NCBI GenBank assembly: GCA_905178155.1
Contig: CAJINV010000002.1
Location: 3,424,515 to 3,488,514, forward strand
Direction: 5' to 3'
DNA from: Amoebophrya sp. A120
Taxonomy: Eukaryota > Protista > Dinoflagellata
DNA length: 64,000 nucleotides
Shown: in pieces, positions 52,857-63,664 of the stretch
How the letters are laid out: every line of letters begins with the position of its first letter
How positions within the stretch are numbered: the first letter of the stretch is position 1
Translations under genes and position numbers: made by a program
The notes under the pieces: model-generated
What the model was told of the DNA's origin: nothing
Database searches by the model: none
What the model saw: only the letters and a program-made list of their open reading frames with translations

Positions 52857-53861
52857 ATGCCCATCCTCGTTTCCGAACCGCTTCTCCAGCCCTGGACGCT
52901 GCGCAAACCCCGCCCGCAGGATACAGTCGAGGAAAGGAGACGCAAAATCGATGCCGATCGGTCCACCTACACCACCCGTTACATGGACAGCAGCAGCAAT
53001 ACCCCCACCGCTGCGAAGTATTCCTGCCGAACGAGAACCAACTTCGGCGTCCCACCCGGCCTAGCGGAGGAGAAATATTTCATCAAGCGAAAGAAATCCT
53101 ACGCCGACCGCCGGTCCTGGGCGGGATTCCCGGGGGACAACGTCTTCAACGGGAAATCTTGTCGGGTCTGGACGGAGCAGGGGGTGAAAGAGTGGGTGAC
53201 GTCCGCGATGCTCAGGCGGGGCTTGATTGAAACAGGAAATCAAAAAACCGAAGAAGAAAATAGTCCAGCCGATTCGGATAGTAAAAATCCAGATTCGATT
53301 GAAAAAGAATTGGAAAAGCAACTTCAAAAACAAAAGTCCGCCCTTTACGACTTGTCCAATTTCCAACCTGTCCCTGGGCAGACACTCGAAAATTGGAAGC
53401 TGCACGACTTCGAGCAAAACATCCCCGGTGGGGGCGAAACCTTACCGAGAGAAATCGCGGAATCACTTTTCAACGAGTTGAAATGCAAGGAGATTGAATA
53501 CCAGGCAAACGCCGCGTTCGACGACAGCATTGTGCGAGGGGTAAACTTCACTCTCAAAGCCTTCCCGAAGTTCAAGATCCGGGAGAAATTCCCCTTACCA
53601 GAAAACAAGCAGAAAGTCCCCGGGCCTGGCCACTACCGCCAGCCGACGACGTTGGGTATTGGGAAGAGCGGAAAAGGGCATCCGCTGTGGAAACAGGACG
53701 GCAGGCCGGTGTTCGGGATCGACGTGAGATTTCCGACATTTGATTCTGCTGGACCTGGGCCGGGGAAGTACCCCGCGATTGCGTTGGCAAAAGATCCGAC
53801 GCTGGAATGGACGCCGAAATGGTCACTGGGGGTGAAAAATAGTTACGGGGGCGCGTTTTGA
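52857..53861 (+). CDS. SHIPPO/ODF3-like PGP-repeat protein (probably flagellar), intronless
   Basis: Uninterrupted ORF from ATG 52857 with VPGPGHY and GPGPGKY motifs typical of sperm-tail PG-rich repeats. Confidence 0.65.
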   Translation: MPILVSEPLLQPWTLRKPRPQDTVEERRRKIDADRSTYTTRYMDSSSNTPTAAKYSCRTRTNFGVPPGLAEEKYFIKRKKSYADRRSWAGFPGDNVFNGKSCRVWTEQGVKEWVTSAMLRRGLIETGNQKTEEENSPADSDSKNPDSIEKELEKQLQKQKSALYDLSNFQPVPGQTLENWKLHDFEQNIPGGGETLPREIAESLFNELKCKEIEYQANAAFDDSIVRGVNFTLKAFPKFKIREKFPLPENKQKVPGPGHYRQPTTLGIGKSGKGHPLWKQDGRPVFGIDVRFPTFDSAGPGPGKYPAIALAKDPTLEWTPKWSLGVKNSYGGAF

Positions 53862-54429
53862 TGAGGATAGTAGACCTCAAATTTTGTCAACATTTTCCGT
53901 GGTGGTCGACATCTTTATGCCATTTAGGTAAATCCTTGTTTTCTGCCCCTGTCTCCGTCTGGAATCAGAATAGCCCTGCTGTTTTCATCTAGAAGTAGTT
54001 CAAAACTACCTCAGATGAACGAATAAAAAATCCGTACCCCGGTTGTACTCGCCAATTCGGTGAAAGACGCAATCACATCCATGACGAGTAGAGCGGAACA
54101 TCAGGCATGTTTGTAGTATCATCAGCAATCATAAATCCATAGTAGTAGTACCCACCACCAAAAACTTTCTCGCGCTACGTCACTCACCAACCGAACACAC
54201 ACAAACACCCACCATTCATCACGTTCCAAATCATACATGACAATCACTATATTTTTTTGTCGAGAGGATATAGTTGCACACATAAAAACGACGCCACTGC
54301 ATCGAGCTTCATCTGCTGGCTTCACGTCGTGGCATTGCAGAGTTGCTGTTCATTTTTTTGTCGGACATGTGGTGAAGTACACCGAGGTTATTTCCCAGAT
54401 TGGCAGGAGTCGCTCTTCGATCCAAAAGT

Positions 54430-55555
54430 AAATGTATGACCGGGCAAGCAAGGTCTTGCGAGCCTGTGAGTCAAGGCCGACGTTGGTCGGTCTATATTTT
54501 ATGGGCGGGACAAACCCGCTCTACTTCACGGTAACCAAAACTTACGAAGCACGATATGCAGCATGAGGGACGCGCATTCGCGTTAATTTTCCTCTAGTTT
54601 ACTGCAGTGCTTTCTAGGTTTTCAGGGACTTGCGCCCCTGCCGATGGTAGCTCTAAGCTCTTTTCTCCATTGGAGTTTCAAGTTCGCCATTTTTGATCTA
54701 GGGTTATTAGAGCGCATTCCCCGCTCGGCCCGAGGCTCAGGCAATTTTTGGACCTTGTCCAACGTGCTCCTAGTTTTCCGGAGACGATTTGAATTTGATT
54801 TTGTCTGGTGTACTTTCCGGCACCAGCACATGACTTCCCCTTGGTGTACTTTCCGACACCGAAGTACTTCTATCTTGGTTGAGTTCCTCAAGGCATTCGA
54901 GGACTTTTTGACCTTGGTTATTTTCATCTCAAACTCGGTGGGGCGGCTTTTCGGTACCCAAATTCATCTCCAGTCCTTCGTTTAGAGGGTTCTTTGGGTC
55001 GCGTCGTTGCTTTGCGTCTCCGCCGGTGGGGTAGGCTCGCCCATGCTTTGTCTGCGAGCGGATTCACCTCCTGATACCCGGGACGCATATCCAAAGTTGA
55101 TCATCCACAGGATGATCTATCCACGGAAGTATTTGACAAGTGCATAAAATGTATGACCGGGCAAGCAAGGTCTTGCGAGCCTGTGAGTCAAGGCCGACGT
55201 TGGTCGGTCTATATTTTATGGGCGGGACAAACCCGCTCTACTTCACGGTAACCAAAACTTACGAAGCACGATATGCAGCATGAGGGACGCGCATTCGCGT
55301 TAATTTTTCCCTCCCTCCCAGCCCTTATTTGTCATGCTGATTTACTTTGGTTTGAAGTGGATGGATCATGAGGCTTCGCGCCACTTCGCATCAGGAGTGT
55401 GACAGAAGCCCATCACTTGCTTTCGGGAAATTGGGGTAGGCTCGCCCATGCTTTGTCTGCGAGCGGATTCACCTCCTGATACCCGGGACGCATATCCAAA
55501 GTTGATCATCCACAGGATGATCTATCCACGGAAGTATTTGACAAGTGCATAAAAT
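54430..55555. mobile_element. Non-autonomous split-direct-repeat element (A1-internal-B1-A2-B2; Ngaro/PAT-like tyrosine-recombinase retroelement architecture)
   Basis: A 54430-54590 = 55147-55307 (161 bp). B 55027-55150 = 55432-55555 (124 bp). B1 and A2 overlap at AAAT, the same 4-mer found at both outer ends. Confidence 0.65.
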
Positions 55556-55849
55556 AAAGTATTTCGAAAAATAAATAAATGCACAACGATCATTTGGGAA
55601 TAGGAGGTTATCATGTCTGTGTCTGGAGTTGGAAAACCACACAAAATCAGCATCGATCATCCGAATGAATGTCAAGATCTGAAAGTAGCTGATCATGACC
55701 TCCATGACGACCTGTTGTAGATCATTTGGATAGTTCCTGTTCTGAAAAATGATTTGGAAGCTCGCCAAAAGACGCGTTATGTGGTTCTTGACTGGATCGT
55801 ACGAGTTTTGAGTATTTTAGGCACTGAACCACTTCGACAAAGTAAAAAA

Positions 55850-57102
55850 GTTGAGATTGACTTAAGACCCGAGTTGAGATCGAGTCGAAATTTGCATGAT
55901 CTGGGCATTCATTAGCAGCGACGTTTCTAGTGCCCAAAATTTCCAGAAGCGTGTATGTGGATAGGATAGCTGTGCGAGGTGCTTTTGTGCGTCCCCATTG
56001 TTGCTTCTGTCCAAAGCGTGAGGATGAGCTCCCTCGTGCTCGACCGGGTGGGCAGTAAATCTGGATCTTGCATATTCAGGGCGAGCTTTTTTTCGGGTGA
56101 AAAAAGCTGCAATGTTTCCACTCCGTCGAGATCGAATCAAGAGTAAGTTGAGACCGAGTGGACACGGACGGAGTTGAGACCGAGTTGCGATCGCGCTCGC
56201 TGGAATCGAGTTGAGACCGAGTTAAGATCGACTTGACATCGAGTTGAGATCGAGTTGAGATTGAGCCATCCTCGAGTTGAGATTTTCACCCTTTTTTCAC
56301 TGAAAAAAGGAGCAAGCTTTTTTTCAGCTGAAAAATCACGCGGCGCTTTTTTTCAGCTGAAAAAAGGCACACTTGCGTTTTTTTTCAGCTGAAAAAAAGC
56401 TCACTTGCGTTTTTTTTCAGCTGAAAAAGAGCACATTTGGGCTGCGCGCCTCTTTCCAGCTGAAAAAAAGCATTTCCGCGGTTTTTTCCAGCTGAAAAAC
56501 TGCGCCTTGTAATTTTTCAGGTGAAAAAAAGTACAAGGGCGCAACTTTTCAACTGAAAAAAAGCACAAGGGCGCAATTTTTCAGCTGAAAAAAAGCGCAA
56601 GGGGGTAAGTTTTCAGCTGAAAAAAGCGCCGTATGAGGTCACACCTCGTTCGATTTTTCAGTGACAAAAAAGTGAAAATCTCAACTCGGTCTCAACTCGG
56701 TCTCAGCTCGATGTCAACTCGATGTCAACTCGATGCCAACTCGATGTCAACTCGATGCCAACTCGATGCCAGCTTGCTCGATCTCAACTAGATCCCAACT
56801 CGGTTCCAGCTTGCTCCCTCTCCGCTCGATCTTGGTTCAATCTCGATGTGTTGCTCATCATCTGCGCACTTCTCGAGTCTCGTCGAGGCTGGAAATTGAG
56901 CCATGAATTCCCGCTCGAACAAAGCGTCTTGGCGGTTTTTTTCAGCTGAAAAAGTGCGCCTTTCCTTTGCGCGCTTTTCAGCTGCAAAAAGCACAGCTAG
57001 GGTGCTCGTTCTAGCAGGACCAGGAGTAACTCTGAACATTTACACGAACGCCCGCGACACATTTAGCCACAGCGCCAGCACTGTTTGAACTCGATCTCAA
57101 CT
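55850..57102. repeat. Foldback-type inverted-repeat structure with central TTTTCAGCTGAAAA palindrome array
   Basis: CGAGTTGAGAT repeats on the left, ATCTCAACTCG on the right, ~35-bp IRs at ~56272-56307 and ~56654-56688, and about 10 palindromes between 56318 and 56626. Confidence 0.8.
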
Positions 57103-57364
57103 GGGCCAAAAGACGCGTTATGTGGTTCTTGACTGGATCGCACGAGTTTTGAGTATTTTTCTTCCAAACAAACTCGACTAGCGTTTTTTTCCTCGAACAA
57201 TTTCGCCAGATTCTATCTGACACAACTTCTAGACACTGAACGAGAACGTTGCGAAGCTCCTTTCGACCCGACCACGACACTAGGAAGTATTACCTAGCTT
57301 TCTGAACTTTTTCTAGAGGCTCTTGGATATAATTTTCAGCAATTTCATCCCGCCAAGAAACAAA

Positions 57365-59948
57365 ATGAGCGCTCCTGCCGAAGAGCCGAAAGTCCAGGAA
57401 CAGCAGCAGGCCACTGTGGCCCCCGCTGAGGAGAAGAAGGCTGAGGAGCAGAAGGTCGCTGCCGGCACGGAAGAAAAGCCGAAACAAGCCGAAGAAACCA
57501 CCGCTAGTACAACTACCGCGGCTGCCGCTCCCGCTACCGAGGAAAAAGTAGAACAAACCACCACTTCCAACAAGCGCCCCGCCGAAGATAGTGTTGTGGC
57601 TGCCGAAGAGAAAAAGGAAGAGAAAAAGGATGGCGAACAAGAGCAGAAACCTGCGGCCGAGGAACAAACTGCTGCGGCTAGTGCCCCGCCGGCGAAGAAA
57701 CAGAAGTTGAACAACAATAAGTTAAATGTCGCGACTGACCAGGGAATTTTGATCACGGCGGCGAACTCCCACGCGTTGAAGCCGGCCATTCACGATTGCT
57801 TGAACATTTTGAAGCGCGCTTTTCCGGACACTGCTACAGCAGTATGCATTGCAAAAGTATCGTACTCGTATAAATGCATTACAAATTTCCTCAGCATGAG
57901 AAATAAAATTTGTAATGCGGATTTACCGTAACAAAAGGATTTAATGCATGATTGCAATACGAGTGCGATGCTTTTGCACAGGATAAGCAGGTGCCGACGA
58001 CAAGGCTGGAAAAAGATTCGAACTCTGCAACGATCACAAGCTGCCGTTCGGTATTGATGAGAATGTTCCTTTTGCATTTGCTGTTGGTTGTTTTCGCATG
58101 ACAGTCACAGTAATTCTTCCACTTCTTCCTCCTGAACCTGATGTCAACATCGCATGCCAATCTGTTCATGCTCACTTGCACTACTTACAAAACCGCACAA
58201 CAAATTCTGCTAGGTATCGGCTTCGTGAAGTGCAATCAGTCTCCTACCGCTCCGTTAACCGCGTCCGCCTGCTGCAGCCAGATGTTCGAGAAATTCCAAA
58301 ACAAGCAGGAAAACTCCCACCATATTTTCCGGCTACTGCCGTGCGACTTCCTCTGTAAGCCGGACATTGAGGAGTTCAAAAAGCTCGCGGAGAAACACAT
58401 CAAACCCTTGTTCCCGAAAACGGAAAAAGCGGAAGACAAAAAGTTGACGTGGGCGCTGAACTTCAAAACCCGGGCGGTGGTATGGAATGTGAAATAAATT
58501 TTTCGGAGATTGTTTGCAATTTTTACGCACAGGACGGGGCGCTTTTTCGATTTAATAAGTGCCTGCATGCGAAAGACCATTCGAGGACAATTATGCTGCG
58601 GCTTTTCCAAGGATGTCGAACGGCCAGCTTTTGCAGCCTTCACGCAAACTAGCAAGTTTTGGCTCAGACAATCAAAAAAATCGCAGCACCATGGTGATGC
58701 ATGATTTTTCTGATTGAAAATAACATGCGCTTGCTCTATGTGACGCAACAATGGTGCAATTTTTTTCGATTATGAATCTATTTGACCCGCCGTCCTAGTA
58801 CCTCAAATTGTCTCCGAACAATTTCGACTTTCCCACTCCATACTTGAAGAAGATCAACAAGGACCTGATCCTGCAAGTGATCGACCAGTGGTATCAAATG
58901 CAAAAATGTCTGGGTCTGGGAGATTCCGAGATTTGTCATGCAGTTTTTCCAAGCTCCCCCACGTCTGGAATGCAGGGCCTAGCATCACAGGTTCTGCAGC
59001 TCCTTGGTGATGCGTATTCTGCATGAGAAATGCTCTCTCAGCATGGCCAGAAGTGGGCACCTTTTGCACGTTATGCATCACAGATCTTTGTAGGATCCGA
59101 AACACATATCACAAGTTCGGATCCTTCCAGACCCAGACATTTTTGCGTTTGATAAATGGACCGATGGGTACAAGGTTTCCCTGGACAACCCCGAAGTGTG
59201 CATCCAGATCGAGGTGAACCCGGTTTTCATCGGGTTGGCTTTGATTGACAACCACCAGTGGGGGAAGTTTATCAAGTACAACGTGCAATCGGTGTTGAAT
59301 CCGGCGCAGGCCCTATGGGGAGGAAAAAGTTTGTTACAGTCACTATCTATCTTGGCGGTTCTGCATTACAAATTTTTTGCATCATCACAGCTTTTGCTTG
59401 TATTGCTGGAACACCAAGGGAAATCCCGTAGGAAGTTTGGCTGTGGGGCATTTTTATGCATGACAGTCAGGCATTTTTTGTATTGCAACAATGCACATGA
59501 ATGATCGTGGTGAGCTTTTTTCTTTTGATAGGCCGCGAAGGAAGCGGAAAAGCACCGGAGCCGGGAGAAGGCGAACCAGGCGAAAAAAGCGGAGAAGGCT
59601 GCTGTATGAACTGCAAAAGTATCGCACTCTCATAAATGCATTACGCATTCTCTCAGCATGAGAAATAAAATTTGTAATGCGGATTTACGTTGAGAAAAAA
59701 ATTCGTAATGCATGATTGCAATAGGAGTGCGATACTTTTGCACAGGATATGCCGCTGCGAGTAGTACCACGGGAGTCGAGAAGAAGGCGGAGGAGAAGAA
59801 GGAGGAAGCTGCGGCTGCTTGTGCCACTGCAGAGACGAAGACCGAAGCTCCTGCGCCCGCCGTTGCCGAGAAGGAAGCCGCTAAGGCCGTTGTTGAGGGA
59901 GAACAAGCGAAGACCGCCACGGAGAAGGCGGTGGAGGCTGGAGCGTAA
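57365..59948 (+). CDS. THUMPD1: THUMP-domain protein (Tan1/THUMPD1-like tRNA modification adaptor)
   Basis: GILIT near the N-terminus, RLLPCDFLCK, WALNFKTR, YKVSLDNPEVCIQIEV, KYNVQ. Introners at 57843, 58481, 58892, 59314 and 59605; GT-AG intron 58051-58213. Confidence 0.8.
57843..57985. mobile_element. Introner family A (representative; ~145-205 bp; TIR TAT-N4-TGCAAAAGTATCGTAC)
   Basis: 19 copies: 1792-1948, 2047-2197, 2638-2797, 3145-3328, 6883-7041, 15272-15476, 16569-16731, 17210-17355, 34294-34443, 37373-37523, 37953-38122, 41849-42010, 43572-43717, 44236-44389, 49382-49539, 57843-57985 (flanked by AGCAG/AGCAG), 59605-59749, 60761-60910, 63084-63567 (enlarged). Confidence 0.92.
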
Positions 59949-60696
59949 AGGCAGAATCGTCGACATGAGAAGGCTATATGTAGTGTTGAATGTGGAAAAA
60001 TAAAGGGAAACATGAAACTTCCGTTTGCGAATGACACCACTACACTTACGAAACCTCCGCGTTTGTCTCTTCGCGACTCGATGACATCGCTTCTCTGGTG
60101 TGAGGAGTATGAAGACGAGCTCCTCTATCCAGGTCACAGATCAGAACCATCACTAACTTTGCTTTTGAACAGCTCAACCTCGAATAAAAGTTAATATCAC
60201 GCAAACAAGTTCTCGAAAAATTCCATCGCCAAGTAACAGGGAAAGCATTCTAGGTTCTAGAAATGATGACTTTTCTTTGATGTGATCAAGCCGCTGGGTG
60301 GTGGTCACCTCTATCTGTGTTCGAGTTGTATGCAGTACTTGCTTCTATCCCCCGAGTGTAGTCTCAACTTCTACAGCCTCTGTTTGTTACAATCGGTATG
60401 GTTTTTTATTTCGTGTGCTGCCAAAGTTGTGGAGAGAAACGCGGCTCTGGAAGTTTCACAGGAGCTTTTTTTAGCGCTACTAAGTCAGAAGACAGAAACG
60501 AAGCGAGAGCCGATATTCATTGCGCAAAGAAAACGACAGGAACAGAAAAAGATTCTCCAAAGGAAAATATCCTTTCCCGTGTCGCAGACGACAGGAGTGC
60601 TGCAAAATTAATTGCAATTCAAATCGACCTTTGGTACCTACTATAGTTGATTGGAAATTATAAAGTCGCGATAGAACAGAAAAAATCACGAACAAC

Positions 60697-63664
60697 ATGC
60701 CCTCCGTCCTGATTGTCTGTACTTCCGCGGCCGAGTTCGGGCCGGAAAAGTCCCCGACGGTATGAACTGCAAAAGTATCTTAATCGTAGGAGAAGAAATA
60801 CAAATTAGCTCAGGAAGAGAAATGGAATTTCTCATGCTGATTTAGGTTGAAAAAGAAATCTGTCTTGCATGACTGCGATTAGTACGAGTGCGATACTTTT
60901 GCACAGTATAGACGGGCGTCTGGATTGAAGAACTCGCTTCTCCGTATTACGCTTTCTTCTATCAAATGCAAATATGTCTCGGTCTGGAAGAGTCCGAACT
61001 TGTGATGCTGCATTTGGATTCCAAAAAAATTTGTATTGCATGAGCAGCAAAGGGAATGCAATTTTTGCTACGCGGAGAGGACATTTGTCATGCGGAATAG
61101 GCATCAAGAAGCCCTGATAATATATGTGATGCTAGGGCATGCATCACAGACATCATGGCTAATGCAAAACGTGCATGACAAACTCCCCAAATCTTCCAGA
61201 CCCAGACATAGTTGCAATGCATATCTTAGACGCTGGGTTCAATGTGACCGTCGCGAGTCTGGCGGGAGGCGAAATCCCCGTCGACGCCGCTTCCCGCAGT
61301 GAGGGGTTTTACACGGATGCGTATCAAAGTGAAAAAAGCCTCCACCCCATAGCGGAAACGGAAGATGCGCGAATTTGTGATGCTGTATTTGAGTACACAA
61401 ATCGACTTGTATTGCTAGAAGGCCAAGAGACGAAGCTGCGGCCTAAATTGCAGGTAATCTGTCATGCTGTTTCCCGCTTCCAGTTGCCTCCTGTCATCCT
61501 GGAGCTGCAAGGCTGTCCCACGCTAGACAGCACTACAGTCCGCACCTTTTGCCTTCTAGCATCACAAAGCTGACTTGTGACCACAAATCTGCATCACAGA
61601 TTTCCGTTTTGATATGGGGAGGGGGCATTTTTCATTGTAATAATGCGGCGAAGAAATTTGATGCGGACGAAACGGCGACGGGTGTGCTCAAGACTAGCAA
61701 GAACTTGGCGGACGTGGTAATATTGTATGTTTGAAGTAGAGCTTGCGATGCAGTTCTGCATGAGAAGTAGAGATATGCGAATGATGCATGTAGCTTGTAC
61801 CCATGACAAATAAAGCACAGCAGTTTCTCATGTATGTAACGCATGCCAAAATAAAATTTCTATCAGGCCGGCGACGAATTTGATGCCGTGTACCTCCCCG
61901 GCGGGCATGGTTGCTGCACGGATTTTGTTAGGCATTGCAAAAGCTGTGTTGCACGAGAATGCCAACGAAGAAATTGCGATTTGTTTGAAGTAGATGTAGC
62001 CCTGTCACTATGAACACGACCCGAAGAATAAAGATCTGTCATGCAGTATTCCAAGATAGAGTTTGCGCGTTTAAACTTGCGACGCTTTTGCTTTTGCTCA
62101 CCATAGCTCTTGCGCACGACGGTTTGAAGGCTTGCGTCGAGAAAATGTACGCTTCGGGAAAGGTGGTTTCTGCTTGCTGCCACGGCCCGGTCGGACTCGC
62201 GCAGTGCTGCAAGCCAGACGGTACTTTTTTCGTTTCTCGCGGAGGCAGCTCTTCTTGCAAGGAATGATACTAAGCTTGTCTCCAATCTAAAACAAAAACT
62301 AGCATTAGTCCGTGCAGTTTTTCATTACATGTTTTTGCGCGAATCCACCCCAACATATACCCCCCTTCAGGTACCCCCTTGGTGAAGGATTTGAAAGTGT
62401 GCGCCTTCATATCCTGAGGAAAAACGTACCCACACCAGAGTTGTAGTGCAGATTTGCCAAGACAGGAAGACTTGTAATGCGCATCCCCATAAGAGCCATT
62501 TCCAATCGTGTTTTGGAATTTGTGATGCTGTGAACAGGATGAGCCGATGAATCTGTGATGCGGCTGCTCTTGCTAACCTGCACTACACTGCAGAGTGCAA
62601 CTTCTCATGCTTGACTCACAAAACTCCTAGGTTTGTCTTGCAAAATCCCCATCCTGACTCTGGTGTGGGTACGTTTTTACTCAGGATACTTCAAGGACAC
62701 CGAGGAAGCCGCTGTTGGGCACACGGAGAAGGTTGCGTGGCTGCTGGAGGCCAAGATGAAAGAGCTCGTATCAAAAGCAAATATGTCTGGGTCGGGAAGG
62801 TTGCAACTTGTGATGCTGTTTTTCGATTCTAGAAAAATCTGTAGTATTGCATGACCAGCAAGAGGAGTCCAGTTCGTGCTGCGCAAAAAGGGCGTTTCTC
62901 ATGCGGGATAGGCATCAGAGAGCTATCTAAAAATCTGTAATGCTAGGTCATGCATTCGCATTGCAGGCATCATGTGTAATGCAATATGTGCGTGACAATC
63001 TAAATCTTCCAGATCCAGACCCAGACATATTTGCATTTGATAGCTCGGGTGCAAGTACGAATCCGCTGACGATTGGAACTCCGTATCCTGTGCAAAAGTA
63101 TCGTACTCGTATTGTAATCATGCATTACAAATCTTTTTCTTAAGGTTAAGGTAAATTCGCAAAAAAAAAATAGTAGCTGGAGATTTCAACTTGCATCGTT
63201 ATAGAAGCTTGTGTCTGTTCTGTGTTGCCTTAAAAGTTTGCATCTGCGCCATGCATCTATTGAAGATATGTTTTTTTGTTGCAGATAGACGACCTTGACT
63301 ATGGGGCGTGGGCACGAATTCTGGGAGAGTGAAGATTTGCGTTGCAGATAGATGACCGTGGGGACGCTCTCGGAGATCCGGGATCCGGAGCCGGGTGGGC
63401 GAGCGACGCGGACAGGCCAACCAGGCCAACTTCTCATCCACCCGGCCGGGTGGATGGGAAGTTGGCCTGCAACTACTATTTTTTTTTTGTTACCCCGCTC
63501 TTACAAATTTTATTTCTCATGCTGAGAAAATTGCATTTATACGAATACGATACTTTTGCAGTTCATACTCCGCGGCGGTGTGCGATGGGCAGTTAATCAC
63601 GGGGCAAAACCCGCAGTCCTCCGAGGCGGTGGCCAAGTTGATCGTCGAGGCATTGAAGAAGTAA
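60697..63664 (+). CDS. DJ-1/PfpI family (Hsp31-like class I glutamine amidotransferase-fold) protein
   Basis: Spliced product reads TGVWIEELASPYY, GGEIPVD, DAVYLPGGHG, SACCHGP, LITGQNPQSS. Seven introners plus GT-AG introns 61717-61866 and 62221-62370. Confidence 0.9.
62410..62688. mobile_element. Introner family C (representative; ~280-320 bp; TIR TATCCTGAG..AAAAACGTCCCCAC.CCAGAG)
   Basis: 9 copies: 4510-4792, 5492-5770, 6560-6838, 12854-13172, 26959-27254, 33275-33553, 42657-42935, 43764-44042, 62410-62688 (CTTCA/CTTCA). Confidence 0.9.
63160..63489. mobile_element. Small TIR element nested in a family-A introner
   Basis: Ends CAAAAAAAAAATAGTAG(C/T)TG are inverted at both sides; internal 48-bp near-perfect palindrome at 63422-63469. 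Confidence 0.65.

Noticed and set aside
54430-54590. Possible structured ncRNA (SRP Alu-like start, several hairpins, T-run)
   Set aside because: No recognisable SRP helix-8 or snRNA core motifs, and it is better explained as the A repeat of the split-repeat element; an Infernal/Rfam search would settle it.
56318-56626. CRISPR-like array of palindromic repeats with spacers
   Set aside because: The repeat is only ~14 bp, spacers are short and related to each other, there are no cas genes, and the context is eukaryotic.
61927-62106. Canonical GT-AG reading of this intron
   Set aside because: It shifts the DJ-1/PfpI frame; removing 61929-62105 plus 5 nt gives in-frame DFVAHDGLK.
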